From: Heterodontus francisci
Lineage: Eukaryota
NCBI RefSeq assembly: GCF_036365525.1
Contig: NC_090374.1
Coordinates: forward strand, 58,085,174 to 58,149,173
Reading direction: 5' to 3'
DNA length: 64,000 nucleotides
A program made the position numbers and the translations under genes. Of this stretch, positions 13,390 through 25,442 are shown one piece after another. A model generated the notes under the pieces. The model was not told where the DNA came from. It saw only the letters and a program-made list of their open reading frames with translations, and searched no databases. Numbering within the stretch: position 1 is the first letter of the stretch; every line of letters starts with the position of its first letter.

Positions 13390-13554
13390 TTCAATCTGGT
13401 GTGATGGGACCTGGCTGCAGGGAGATGGACAATGCACGATACTCTATGTCTCCTGCTTCAGCATTCGCCATTGCCACAGCGGCAGCAGGACATGGGAGTC
13501 CACCAGCCGAAAACTCTGGAGTGCAGGAAAAGTTTAGACGAGTTTCTATGGGAG
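13390..13554 (+). CDS. RASGRF2: RASGRF2 internal exon (165 nt, phase 1-1)
   Basis: Encodes [55 protein letters not shown]; [19 protein letters not shown] is a RASGRF2 signature. AG at 13388-89 and GTAAAG at 13555 give phases that fit both neighbouring exons. The acceptor is less certain than the donor. Confidence 0.88.
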
Positions 13555-14700
13555 GTAAAGCTACCCTCTCCTATTCATTTCATATACTTTAGTATGCCAA
13601 TGGGTTGAAAATATCAATAGAAATTGCTGGAAGAGTAGAGCAGGTGAGCAGACCTCTGAAAGAGAGACAGTCAGCTATTGCAAATGCTACATGTATCTGT
13701 TTGTATCTTCACTCACTGTTGCCTGGGTTCTTTAACAGTGGTTTACATGTACCCCACCCACACCCAATCTCAAACTCTATTTTCTGCTCATGCTGTGGCT
13801 CTCTCTGTACTGAGGAGAGCAAAAGATTGGGTGGCCTCTGCAAATTTCAGCCCATGACTTCCCTGTCATCAAGACAGCTCCTCATCCTTTCCCTTTCCTT
13901 CTTTGGTCTCCTACCAACCAAACTCAATACATTCTTCTGGAAAAATATCTCATCTTCCTCCTGGACATACTAATTACCTTCACGTCGAACATTGACTTCA
14001 AAATCTTCAGATCTTAGTTACCTTCCTGATTTTCTTGTGGGATTTTCCCATTCATTTTTGAGCCTTATTTAACTCCTTTTTGTTTTATTAATGCTTGTTC
14101 TCATGCCTAACTGAGATGATTTTTGTACAGTATGTAATCTTTCACACCTTGACCTAGCATTTTATGGTGAGTTGTGCTGCTCACATAATCGCCCAGGATG
14201 AGTTTCTGGCATCCACTGTCCACCACCAAGGACTCAAACCTACACTTGCTATAATGAACAACAAGTGATTACCCTCATGTGGCAGCAAAGTATGAAGGCT
14301 CTCTCTGGGGTGGACTTGGCTCCAAGATGACATACCTGGCGATAAGAGATTGGAACTTTTGATCATCTGTGGCAAACTTAATAACCTGATACCTGAGCCA
14401 GGCAAGATGTTAGTGATTGACCAGCCAACCTGGCTCATTGATAAACTGAGGGAGACAACCTGCCACTGCAAGCTGGGATTCCTCCCACTTCACGTCAGAC
14501 AAACCCACAAGGCAATGTCTGAATTGAGGGGGTGGAAGGTTATCGGGGGTAGATGGAAAATTTGAACATCTCTTTCCTAATGGCTAGGATGACCTTAGAT
14601 AGGAAAGCAGCAGGAAGCAAATCAGTGTTGTAAGCTGGTAAGCTGCATGGTTTAAGCCTATAAACTTCAGCAGTACCCCATGGTCAAATGGGAGAATCTC

Positions 14701-15317
14701 TGACTGGGATTTTCAATCACCCATGGGGGCCAAGAATGGGAGTGGGCACACTTTGAAAATAATGCTCCTGGATAGCATGTCAGTGTCCCAATGCCTCTGG
14801 AACACACTGCTATTTTCAAAGCGAGGGTGGGGGGAGCTGTGAACCTGCTCATCTCCAATTAACTGCCTGTTAAACTCCTTGAGGAGCTTGTTAACTGAGA
14901 GGGAGATGGCAATTTTCAAATCACAGATCGCCAAACCTGAAGAGTCTGGTGTACAGCTGTCGGGTGCAACGCGGGGAGCCATCAAGCAATGTTTTCTCTG
15001 ATGTAAATGTATTGGCACTAAGGGCTCAGTACCTTTTTGTTAGTTGTTTGGCCGCTTCTTTGGACTGTGAGGCTGCTGGCCCTTCAAAGTTCTGCCTCCT
15101 CTATTCTGCAAGGCAGCAGCAGGCCCCGTCATGTCTGTCATCTGCCTTTGAGCATCATACTCAGCAGGCAGCTCCCGCCTCCTTGCAGAGCTCAGTGCTG
15201 CTAATTGGGCTCACCTCTGGCCCAATTAGGGCAACTGTGACGCAGACAGGGTGCGGGGTTGGGACTCGGAAATTATCCTGGTGTCGGGTTCCCAAAACCG
15301 GATTGAAAATCAAGCCT
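14701..15317. mobile_element. Harbinger-type MITE
   Basis: Imperfect TIRs gactgggattttcaatc / gattgaaaatcaagcc. Confidence 0.55.
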
Positions 15318-16057
15318 TCTAAGTTGTATCAAACAGTTTTCTGGTCTTATTAGAAGAAAGTGTCCTTCATAACAAATCAAATCAAAAGCCTACTTATGCA
15401 TATTTTTCAGTAGCTTGGTTTGCCAACAAACATGGTGCAGTGTTTCCATCACTACATCTAGTTGATCAAACAAAAACTATTGAATTTTAGAAATGTATTT
15501 ATGTGTTGCTGCCTTTTTACAAAAGTAATCAGCATATCTATGCTCTTGACTCATACCTATTTTTCTTTCTCTCCACTTTGTTATAGTCTTGTAAAGATGC
15601 TCTCTCCCCTATATTACCAATTCTAATGAAGGGTCCCATTCAAAATGTTAACTAACATTTTTATCTCAGATAATAAAAACAGAAAATGCTGGAAATACTC
15701 AGCAGGTCTGGAAGCATCTGTGGAGAGAGAAATGGAATTTTCCTGGCAAAAGTGAAATCCTGCCGCTAGGACCGAAAGTGGGTCCTGAGCCCACTGGGGC
15801 GGACTTCACCAGTGACAACCAATTACTGCTGGGACCTCTGTCCAATTAAGGACAGTGGCCTAATGAGAGGGTCAGCAGCACCACCGATAGAGATCGCTGC
15901 TGCCGAAGCTACAGGGAGAAAGAGAAGGCACTTCCATGTTGAGGTGCCCTCGATAATCAGGTAGGAGTTTTGTTTTAAGACGCTGGGGCCAGGCAGGCCG
16001 GCCGGCCCTGGCGATCGGAAGAATGAACCCTTCAGCTATAGAGAGTCCCCTGCAGAG

Positions 16058-17681
16058 TCATACTTAGGTTTGGCTGTACTCTAGATGTAACAGGAATGAG
16101 TGACTCAACATCAAATAATGTGTTAAGACAGTAATTTTATTGAGTAATTATTAAGTAAGTTTAAAAAAACAGAATGAAATATAACTTTATTAAAAAGAAA
16201 GGAAGGAAAAGAGTATCGAAAGACAAAAAAACTTATAGCACACTGCTATAACACCAAATTAGTCTGTTCACAACAGCTGCCCAAAATGATACTGTATCCC
16301 CTTGGTATATACATCACCAAGACTCCGGAGAACCTTGCACAGGGGTGGACTCTCCGGTCAGTCACTCTGTCGACCTCCCTTCCTCGGTAGTCTTCAGTGG
16401 TTGACTAGTCCACTCTGGCTGCAGCCCTGAACTTTGGATGCTGTGCCCCTTTAAGCCCAATTTCTGGCTCCATTCCAGCACTCTGAGGTTTCCATCAGAC
16501 TTTTTCAAAACAGGAGTCTGACAACCATGAGCCCTTCTCAAATTCTTCTCGCAGACCCTACTAGGCTGCTCAGGTTGTTGACACATCCTTTGATGATGTC
16601 TGGGGCATAGAGTATAAAAATTGGCAAGTCATGTTGCAGCTGTACAGAACTTTAGTTAGGTCACACTTAGAATATTGCGTGCAATTCTGGTCGCCACACT
16701 ACCAGAAGGACGTGGAGGCTTTGGAGAGGGTACAGAAGAGGTTTACCAGGATGTTGCCTGGTCTGGAAGGCATTAGCTATGAGGAGAGGTTGGAAAAACT
16801 GGGATTGTTTTCACTGGAACGTCGGAGGTGGAGGGGCGACATGATAGAGGTTTACAAAATGATGAGCGGCATAGACAGAGTGGATAGTCAGAAGCTTTTT
16901 CCCAGGGTGGAAGAGTCAGTTACTAGGGGACATAGGTTTAAGGTGCGAGGGGCAAAGTTTAGAGTAGATGTGCGAGGCAAGTTCTTTACGCAGAGGGTGG
17001 TGAGTGCCTGGAACTTGCTGCCGGGGGAGGTGGTGGAAGCAGATACGATAGCGACGTTTAAGAGACATCTTGACAAATACATGAATAGGAAGGGAATAGA
17101 GGGATATGGGCCCCGGAAGTGCAGAAGGTTTTAAGTTAGGCAGGCATCAAGATCGGCGCAGGCTTGGAGGGCCGAAAGGCCTGTTCCTGTGCTGTACTGT
17201 TCTTTGTTCTTTCTTCTCATCCGTCATCAATAGGTTATACTGTCCATCCATTAAACTTCATCTCCTAACTTCACACCATAGTGGACCACCCCATGTGCAA
17301 GGTTATCCATTGTCCTGGCTTGTAGTTCAAGGGTCATCGAATACCTTACGAACTGACTTCTGTTTAAACAATGGGAGACAACAGCTGTGCGTGGCCTGGC
17401 CTGACCAGCATGGAAACAAAAGGAAAAAGTTCTTGAGAAAAACAACTTCATAGTCAATACTGATTACCATTGATTGCATAATTGATTAATTACTTGACTT
17501 AATCAGAGCACAATCACATTTAGTTTTAAATCAATGTCTACAAAGTAACCTTTAAAAATTCACTACAGGTTTAATATAGTTTTTTTAAAACAAAATCAAA
17601 AGCAAAACAATAACAAGGCAGAAGTAAAATGCAAAAACATAAAAAGTACAAAAAGTAGCGGCTGCAAGCCTCAGGCCTACA
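16058..17681 (-). mobile_element. Probable solo LTR-like insertion (about 1 kb without its CR1 insert)
   Basis: Interrupts the MITE; ends ...ctaca; minus-strand AATAAA at about 16136-41; imperfect TSD CAGAG/CAGTG. Confidence 0.4.
16602..17212 (+). mobile_element. CR1 LINE 3' fragment, young
   Basis: Open 167-aa ORF LYRTLVRSHLEYCVQFWSP...; near-identical to about 44407-45017; tail (tgttctt)n. Confidence 0.95.
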
Positions 17682-18125
17682 CAGTGGCGGCGCATTGCCA
17701 CTCTGGGGCTGCCATTGCAACTGTGGGGCTGCCATTGCCACTGGGGGGGCCCTCTGTGGGCCATGGAGTGCCCAGAAAGGAAGGCCCCCCCCGGTTTACG
17801 AGGTGGTTTCCCCATGTGGCAGGGGCCCGCCCCGATGTTGGTAAAATGCCAGCGGGGTGGAAAGTATCATTTTATTGGCCATTTAGTTGAATTAATTGGC
17901 CGCCTGCCTCCAGTTGGTGGGCAGCTGCATCATTGCCATTCCCACGTCTGGAAATACCTTGTGACAGTGGGAAGACATCAAGCTTCCCTCCTGATGCCTT
18001 CTGCCACCATTTTACGAGCCCTCCCACCTCCCAGCCTACCTTCAGAGGGCTGGTAAAATTCAGTCAAAGATTTCAGGTCTGTGACTTTTCCCAATTCTGA
18101 TAAAAGGTCATCGACCTGAAATGTT

Positions 18126-18784
18126 GGGCTGCATTTTACTAGCCCTTTGGGGATGGGCTGGAAGATGGGAAGGCTGGCAAGCTGGTGCAGGAAGGCAGCA
18201 GGTGGTGTGCCCATTGTCTTTCTGCTGCCATGCTATCTTGCCTCCCGCCCAGAGCCCAACTGAATCTCTTAAGTGGCCAATTAAGGGCCTGTGTCCACCT
18301 CCACGGGCATTTACCCTGTGGCGGGTGGCCCTCCACTGCATGGAGAGACCACCAGTTAAACACTGGTAACCTTCTGGCGAGTCCTGGGGGTTGGGGGGGC
18401 CTCCTTTTGCCTATCGAGGAGACCTCCGGCGCCAATGGGCAACGGTTGGCCCTGCGGCAATGATGCTGTCTACCCTCACCAAGCACCCTCACCCCCAGCA
18501 GGGCCTGCCTGGTTCCTCCTCCCTGGTTGTCCATCAATGTGCCCTTTTCCTCCAGGGACAGCCCCAGCAGTGGCCAATGCTCCCGGTGGCATTGCTGAGG
18601 CTTGATGAGATGCCAGCTCTCTGATTGGCCAGCAGATCCTGGGGGCGGGCAGCCGTCCTTAATAGGGATGGCTGGCTGCTGCTGTCAAGATGCAGCCCTG
18701 GGTCCTGCTGGCTGCCAAAGCAGGTTTGCCTCCCATTTTCAGGCCAGGTGGTGAGACCCCTTCCTCCTGCTCTAAATCCAACCT
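18126..18784. mobile_element. Harbinger-type MITE, TSD GTT
   Basis: TIRs gggctgcatttta / taaatccaacct; GTT at 18123-25 and 18785-87. Confidence 0.8.
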
Positions 18785-19859
18785 GTTCATTCTGTTTCTC
18801 TCTCCACAGATGTTGCCAGACCAGCTAAGTATTTTCAGTAATTTCACTTTTTACTTCAGATTTCCAGCATCTGCATTTATTTTGCTTTTGTATTCTATGT
18901 CAGATGCTGATTGATTTGTTGTGTATTTCCCACATTTGTAGTTTCCTCTCTGGATGAAAAAGTCTGATATCGTTTACTAATAGCCATTGATTAATACTGA
19001 AAAGGAGTAATTCCAAAATGCCTTTGTACTGAAAGTGAAATATAGATTTGCTGGCTCATAAAATCTGTGGGTTGTGATCTTGGCAGTTACACTAGGATCG
19101 TGACCACTGGTGCGTTCCAGCACTGACCCTGTCAGAGTTTACTGAGTCAGTGGGAAGGCACTTAATATGCATGGGTCAGGTGGATGAGAGCACGACAATG
19201 GATCGAGGATGCTCCTTACATCAGTTATTCCCACTTATCCTGCCTGAAGATGTCTGCCTTATAAGAGGTAGGCAGAGGTTCCTCCCCTTACAAGGCATGC
19301 TGGAAAAATCTGGAAATGGTACAGCCCGGGCACAACCAATTTCCTACAGTCGATTCCACCAAGGTGCTGCTGGAGTTACAGCAGGATGCTAGCAGAATCG
19401 TCATGGATTTTCAAGGATGTTGTCGATGTTTCACGATGTGCCTTTTAACAAAGTCTTTCACTCATTTACTAGCTATTCCGATGCTATGTATTGTATATAG
19501 CAATATATTGTATTGTATATTATATAACGTTGCTCACAATTTGTCGAATATGGTTACACCATGCGATTTTGTGGTAACTTAGAAATAGTGAGGGCTCCTC
19601 ACAGTTCTGATCTTCTGACCATTTGCAGCTGAACATTGCCCTAATAAGAATGCCTGCACCTTACTGTTTGTCATTGGTTAAGCTTCTGAGTAACTTATGT
19701 AAAAGAATATCATGACAATGGCTACGTCCAAATATAAGAGCAAAAATTATGTTAGCCTTTATGAAACCTAATTTTTAAGGCATATTTGAATATTTTCAAA
19801 GGTTGCTTGGGCAAAAGAAAATTGGCTGGAAAATCCAGTAGGTGGCATAATAAATGTGA

Positions 19860-20110
19860 AGACAGGAAAGGGAGGTTACATGTTAGTGCCAGTACAATGC
19901 AGCACTCAAATCTCCTTCATGGTAGCTGGTGAATTGGAAGTGATGCTGCCTGAGGTGGGTGTGAGGAAGGTTGCTCTGTTTGCCACTTTAAGGCACTGTC
20001 CCCAGTGGAAAGCAGGACAACAAACCTGGCAGGGGGTCATGGCCAAGTTCAACACTTCCCACAAGACCTGGGAGCAGGCATGGAAGAAGTTGGCACTACT
20101 TAAGGAAGCA
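19860..20110 (+). mobile_element. Myb/SANT-like (Harbinger ORF2-type) remnant
   Basis: SF...ELEVMLPEV..RKVALF...W..V.AKFN..HKTWEQAWKKL shows Myb/SANT-like tryptophan spacing. Confidence 0.6.
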
Positions 20111-20419
20111 GCTGAGAGAAAACTACACAATGGTTTCCGTTATCAGGTATACGGACACAATTATGTGTCGCAAAGTGTTGCCAGGTAACCAGTTGCTCAT
20201 TTACTGCTGGCCCATGCTAGGACAATCATTATCCAGTGAATGAGTAGCACGGTGAGATAGAAACTCAACTATTGCTCCTGAAATGAAGCTGAGGCTATTT
20301 TAACTCCTAAGCATTATCTAACTCCCACTGGTCAACAAGTAGGGAAAATCGCATGGCCCAGAGCCCGTCCGCTGACACCAGCTCGGTGCCAGGATTGGCT
20401 CTGGGTGCCATATCACAGA

Positions 20420-20890
20420 AGAATAGAAAAGCAATATATTATTTAAATGGAGAGAGATTGCAGAACTCTGTGGTACAGAGGGATCTAGGTGTCCTGGTAC
20501 ATGATTCACAAAAAGTTACTATGCAGGTATAGCATGTGATTAGAAAGGCAATGGAATGTTGTCATTTATTGCAAGGGGAATGGAAAGAGGACTGGGGGTC
20601 ACTGTTTAAAAATAAGGTGTCGCCCATTTAAGACAGAAATAAGGAGAAATTTGTTCTCTCAGAGGGTCGTGAGTCTTTGGAACTCTCTTTCTCAAAAGGC
20701 AGTGGAAACAGAGTCTTTGAACATTTTTAAGGCAGAGGTAGATAGATTCTTGATAAGCAAGGAGGTGAAAGGATATTGGGGGTTGACATGAATGTGGAGA
20801 TGAGGTTACAATCAAATCAGCCGGAATCTTATCAAATGGCGGAGCAGGCTCGAAGGGCTGAATGGCCTACTCCTAATTTGTATGTTCATA
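20420..20890 (+). mobile_element. CR1 LINE 3' fragment with an internal deletion
   Basis: Similar to 55740-56476 (aaatggagaga...gggatctaggtgtcct, and the 3' UTR ggcggagcaggctcgaagggctgaatggcctact). Confidence 0.8.
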
Positions 20891-22074
20891 CATACATATG
20901 TTTGTATGAGCCTCATATTGGGGAAAGGAAAGGATAGTTCCATGCCAAAGAAGGTCTAAGCTTTCCATTGGGGACCCAGAGGAGCATTTGTTATTCTTTG
21001 CTTGACAAGGGAAGTAAAAGAAAAATACCTATCTGGGCCTTTTCCTGAATTGACATGCATATGCAAAGAAGGACCATGCTGACTTTGGGCAGTTATCCTT
21101 ACCACATGCTCAGTAGAACAGGTTAAAATTCAGCATGGTGAGTTCCGGGTAACTTTCTGACAAGTAAGTAATCTGGGTGATTTTAACTGCCCAACTGTCA
21201 GGCAGATAAGCTTAAAATTACCCCCAAGTCTCATTCATTGCCAACCATTTAAACCCATAGGGCACACATTAAAGTTGTAAATTGCAATTGAATACTTTGG
21301 CTTGCCCATATCTCCAAAGGGCTTCATGCAGGAAAGCATTCTAACACACACAATCTGTATGATGTATTATCATTTGAGGACAAGGATAATGGACTATGGC
21401 TTCACAGAATCACAGAATAATACAGTGCAGAAGAAGCCCTTCGGCCCATCGAGTCTGCACCGATGCATTAAAGACACCTGACCTGTCTACCTAATCCCAT
21501 TTGCCAGCACTTGGCCCATCGCACTTCAGCCCAGCCTGCTACTGTGTATGTGTTCTTTCAATTGATAACATAAGAACACATGAACAAATAAAAAAAATCA
21601 AGACTATGGACAATTCAAGTGCGCAGCGCCAATTTTTTGGGTGATGCTTGGTGCTTTAGGATAAAATATGCTGTGTGGCATGCATGCATTCAGTCCGTAC
21701 CTGAAGTACGTCGTATGCCATATTGATTCGAATGCCCCGTAGTTGTCCAGGGAGTGCTTTTGAAACAGGTATTAAGCCCATTGTTTTTGCCAGATTAGAA
21801 TACAACTGATTGCAGCATACTCCATGCATAATATGGTCCATTTTTTTGGGCACACAGCAACCAACCCAACAGTCCTTAAAGAGACTGCTACCTAAAGGAT
21901 AAGTACAAAATTTTATAATGTGGAGCAGGATGACTCCACATTATAAACTCCGGGCTGCTGACAGCTCGTTACCATCGTCCCTCTGCTCGATTGCTTCTAT
22001 CCTCACCTGGACTTACCTGTTGCCTTCATCTGGTGTCCCACCCAACCAGACTCACTCCTTTCCATGAACAACAA

Positions 22075-22375
22075 GCAGCCTCTGAGAAGTGTAGTCACTG
22101 TTGTAATGGAAGCAGGTATTGTAGACAATTTGTGCACACTAAGGTCCCATGCACAGCAGAATGACCAGTTATTCTGATTTTGTTGGTTTGGCTAATGTAG
22201 GGATGATGGCCAGAAGTCCTTTGCTATTTTTCAAATTGTGTGGTGGTATCTACCTGAAATGGCACGTGGGGTCTCATTTTAATGCTTCATCTGAAAAACA
22301 GAATCTCTCTCAAAGCCCCACTGCCTCAATCTTGCACTCATGTATTGGACTATATTATGTTAATCTTGCTGTTCC
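22075..22375 (-). mobile_element. DeuSINE-like fragment
   Basis: gaagtgtagtcactgttgtaatg...ttgtgcacactaaggtccca matches the 5460-5797 family. Confidence 0.55.
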
Positions 22376-23957
22376 GCAGAACTCTTGGAGAGTTTCCCTG
22401 TGATAGTAATAATTATGTATCTACTGCTATTCGTTCCATGATTCTGAAAACCTGAAAAAAAATTAACACTTGAAAAAAGATCCCAAAAGAACTTTAGAAT
22501 ATTTTCTTTCTGCCGCTTTATATTGGGACAACTTACAGCTTTCCTTTATCAGATAGCTATAATGGACAGAAAAGCTCCTGGACAGGACCTCTGCCCAAAC
22601 ATCAGAGAGTGAAATGAGCCTCCCGAAGACCTTCATTGCGTACTGTATGTATTCTTAGTACGGCTCCTACATGAAAGGAGATTGATTGACACATGTGATC
22701 AGCCCTAACTGAAATCTGCACGGAGTACATTTTCAGCAGTGACTGCTGGAATTATTAGGCCTGCAATTTGTCGGCTCCAGCTTGTACAGATCCCGCAATC
22801 AAGAGTAATACCACCAAGCAGAAAATTCACCTACCAGTTTCAGTCAAATGGAACTTGTTTATGTATTTGGAGGCATGGTACAAATACAGAAACTGGCACT
22901 CTTCGGCACAGAAAACAGACAACAGAGGGACAGCATCGGGATCAAGAAAGTTGATGAATAAGCAATAGTAACCGTAGCTGCAGGGGACAATTTTACATAC
23001 TGTTTTTCCGTTCGGAATGGTACAGTTAGCAAAGTAAGTTACCACTCTAGGCAATTCCTTAGCAATATTGGTGCAAAGCCAACAGCCCTACCCCCTTCAT
23101 CTCTGGGATTAAAAATCATTGGAAACTTTCTAATTATTCTCTCGTGGCCAGTCTGAGAATGTTGGGGAGCAAACATCTCATTCAAGCTGATCCAAAGAGT
23201 TACCTTGTAGAAGATTCATGAGGTGAAAGGCCCTCAGGCCCTATTGGTAAATGGAGTACATGTAATTAATTTAAATTCCAGCCTCAGCATGTTTGAAGTT
23301 GATTTATTTAAGTAGCTAATTTTTGTTAGCTTTTGACTGGTTCCCTTGAAGAATTGTTCTATTGCAGAAAGAAACACCAATCGAATGAGAGCAGCCCTTC
23401 AGAAGCGTACCATTGATTGGCCAGTCATGCACAGGGGAAGTTCATGACCCAGGTTACTCCTCTTGCCAAAATAAGGAAGAAGTGTGGTACTGGTGAGCAG
23501 AACAGAACAAAATTAAGTATCAACAAAGCAACAACTCACACTTTCATTAATACTTTGAGGATTGCAATAACATTTCTGCACCAGGTTCCATCTTCTGAAT
23601 TTTATTGCAGGAGCTTCTATTTTGTGGCATATTGCAATCTGCGACAGAAAAACAGCCACGCACGCTCCTGGGGGAGGGGGGCAAAGCCTACACCAGGAGC
23701 ATGACTTAATAAAATTTCTATAATGCACCGCTGATATCTTTGCCTTTCTAATTAATTAGGGGCAAATGTTGCAGAGCCTCACTATGAAGATTAAACCAAT
23801 TAGGTAGAGTTCATAATGCAATAGATTATTCCATTATTTCTATGTTCTTACATTTATGTCATGATCAGTGAAGATATAAATGAACCCTTAGAAAATACCA
23901 CATCAATGTTCATGAGAATGATCAGAAGATCCAGTGTTCACTGTAACTAACAATCTT

Positions 23958-24720
23958 GGCCAGAATTTTATGTTGAGCTGGAGGTTCCGCCCACCAGCCA
24001 AAAGGTCATGAGCTAGCCCGCCTCTGCCAGGCCTGGGAGTCACGCTATGATTTTACATGGCCCAGGTCCTTAATTGGCTTAGGGTGGGACTTCCACCCCT
24101 CTAAAGCAGGAAGTCCTGCCTCCAAGGGCTGCCAGCTAATTAGCGGGCCGGCAGTTCTCAGTGCCAGCATGCCATTGGGAGCGGTGACCACTGCTGGGAC
24201 TGCAGCCAGGGAGTGGGGCAAGAGGGACGCCGGCCCTGGAAAAAAGATAAGTTTGTGGGGCTTCGCCGGGGACAATCAGCTGGGCCCCAGAGAGCCAAAG
24301 GGCATTATGGTTGATTGGGGTTGGGTTTGTATTTCAGTGGGGTGGTTGGGCTGTTGGGGGGGCTCTCTTAGTGGGGCACAGAGAGCCTGATCAGGAGAGC
24401 TCTCCCCCACCACCCCAGCCCGCAAGGAGGCTACCAGGTTTTACTGGGCGGTCTCCTGGGGGCCCTGAGTCGCCTGCTGGCCACTGGTAAAATACCAGTG
24501 GCAGCGGGAGGAAGCCCTTAAGTAGCAGTTAATTGGCCACTTAAGGGCCTTAATTGGCCTACGGCGGATGGGCCATTTCTTGCCACCGCTGCCTCTCGTA
24601 AAATTGCAGTGGGGGTGGGAAGCTGATGGGAAAGGCACCCCCTGCCTGCCACTCAATTTTATGACCCCAATCTTCACCCCCCACCCTGTTCCTGTGAGGG
24701 GGCAGTGTAAAATTCAGGCC
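23958..24720. mobile_element. Harbinger-type MITE, TSD CTT
   Basis: TIRs ggccagaatttta / taaaattcaggcc; CTT on both flanks. Confidence 0.85.
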
Positions 24721-25442
24721 CTTGTGTTAATTTTGAAAAGTCAAGCCCTGAATTGAAAGAAGTTGAAAATTCAAATCCCTGTTCCAAAATTAGACTTTTT
24801 TTTTCATTTCTGTACAGGATTTCTTTATTTTGCTTTTTATGTATTAGCCAGTTTCAGTATTGATTATTTTTTCTTTCAGCACTTTTTAATAACTCATTCC
24901 TTCTGATTCGTCTCTTCTACCCTTTCTTTTCATAGTAATTTGCACTGAAATCTGCAGGGGTCCATTAATTCCTTCCGCAACTGGCAGATATCTGGCAGAA
25001 CCTGCTTAAAAACTGCAGGAACCTACATGTGTCAGGCCTTCAATGTTTCTAGGATTTTCTGGAGCCTCTATCCACCCCTTACTAGGTAAATACTGCTGGA
25101 GGGCAGAGCCAGAGCCACAGTCTCCTTTTGCTTGGAGTTTCCACTTCCCCAAATCATTTTGGAACTGGCACAGTATTGGAGGTTGACATGCTGAATAAGA
25201 TGAGGTGTGCCAGCCTCCAGCTGGGCAGTAATGATCCCAATTAGGGGAAACGGGGTCAAAGCCAACCAGGTGGCGTGGGCACCCAAAGAATGCCTTGAAT
25301 GTTTTTTTTTAAATAAAGAAATTCAGATTGACCCCCTTACACAAGGGGCTAATTGAATCTGAATGGGGATCTCGGGGTGCTGGGAAACCTTCCCGTTTGT
25401 TGCCATGTGATGTTCTCGCAGTGGCGCATACAGTTGCCTGTC

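Larger units (their letters stand above)
15733..18066. mobile_element. Harbinger-type MITE (left TIR partly deleted), interrupted at 16058-17681
   Basis: Ends gtaaaattcagtca. Body is homologous to the copies at 18126, 23958 and 47749. Confidence 0.75.
15560..18950. mobile_element. Nested cluster: Penelope terminus > inverted pair of Penelope termini > two MITEs > LTR-like insert > CR1
   Basis: The host Penelope tail breaks after ...tctcagat (about 15672) and resumes after ...tgtcagat (about 18905). The inner minus copy is about 15673-15732 plus 18067-18090; the inner plus copy is 18091-18125 plus 18785-18892. Confidence 0.7.

Noticed and set aside
13421-13554. Alternative acceptor at ctggctgcag|13421
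   Set aside because: It gives phase 2, incompatible with the phase-1 donor at 1347.
22553-23040. Possible extra exon(s) after the acceptor-like tttcctttatcag
   Set aside because: The phase-1 reading reaches TGA before a good donor and shows no RASGRF similarity. It cannot be excluded without RNA data.
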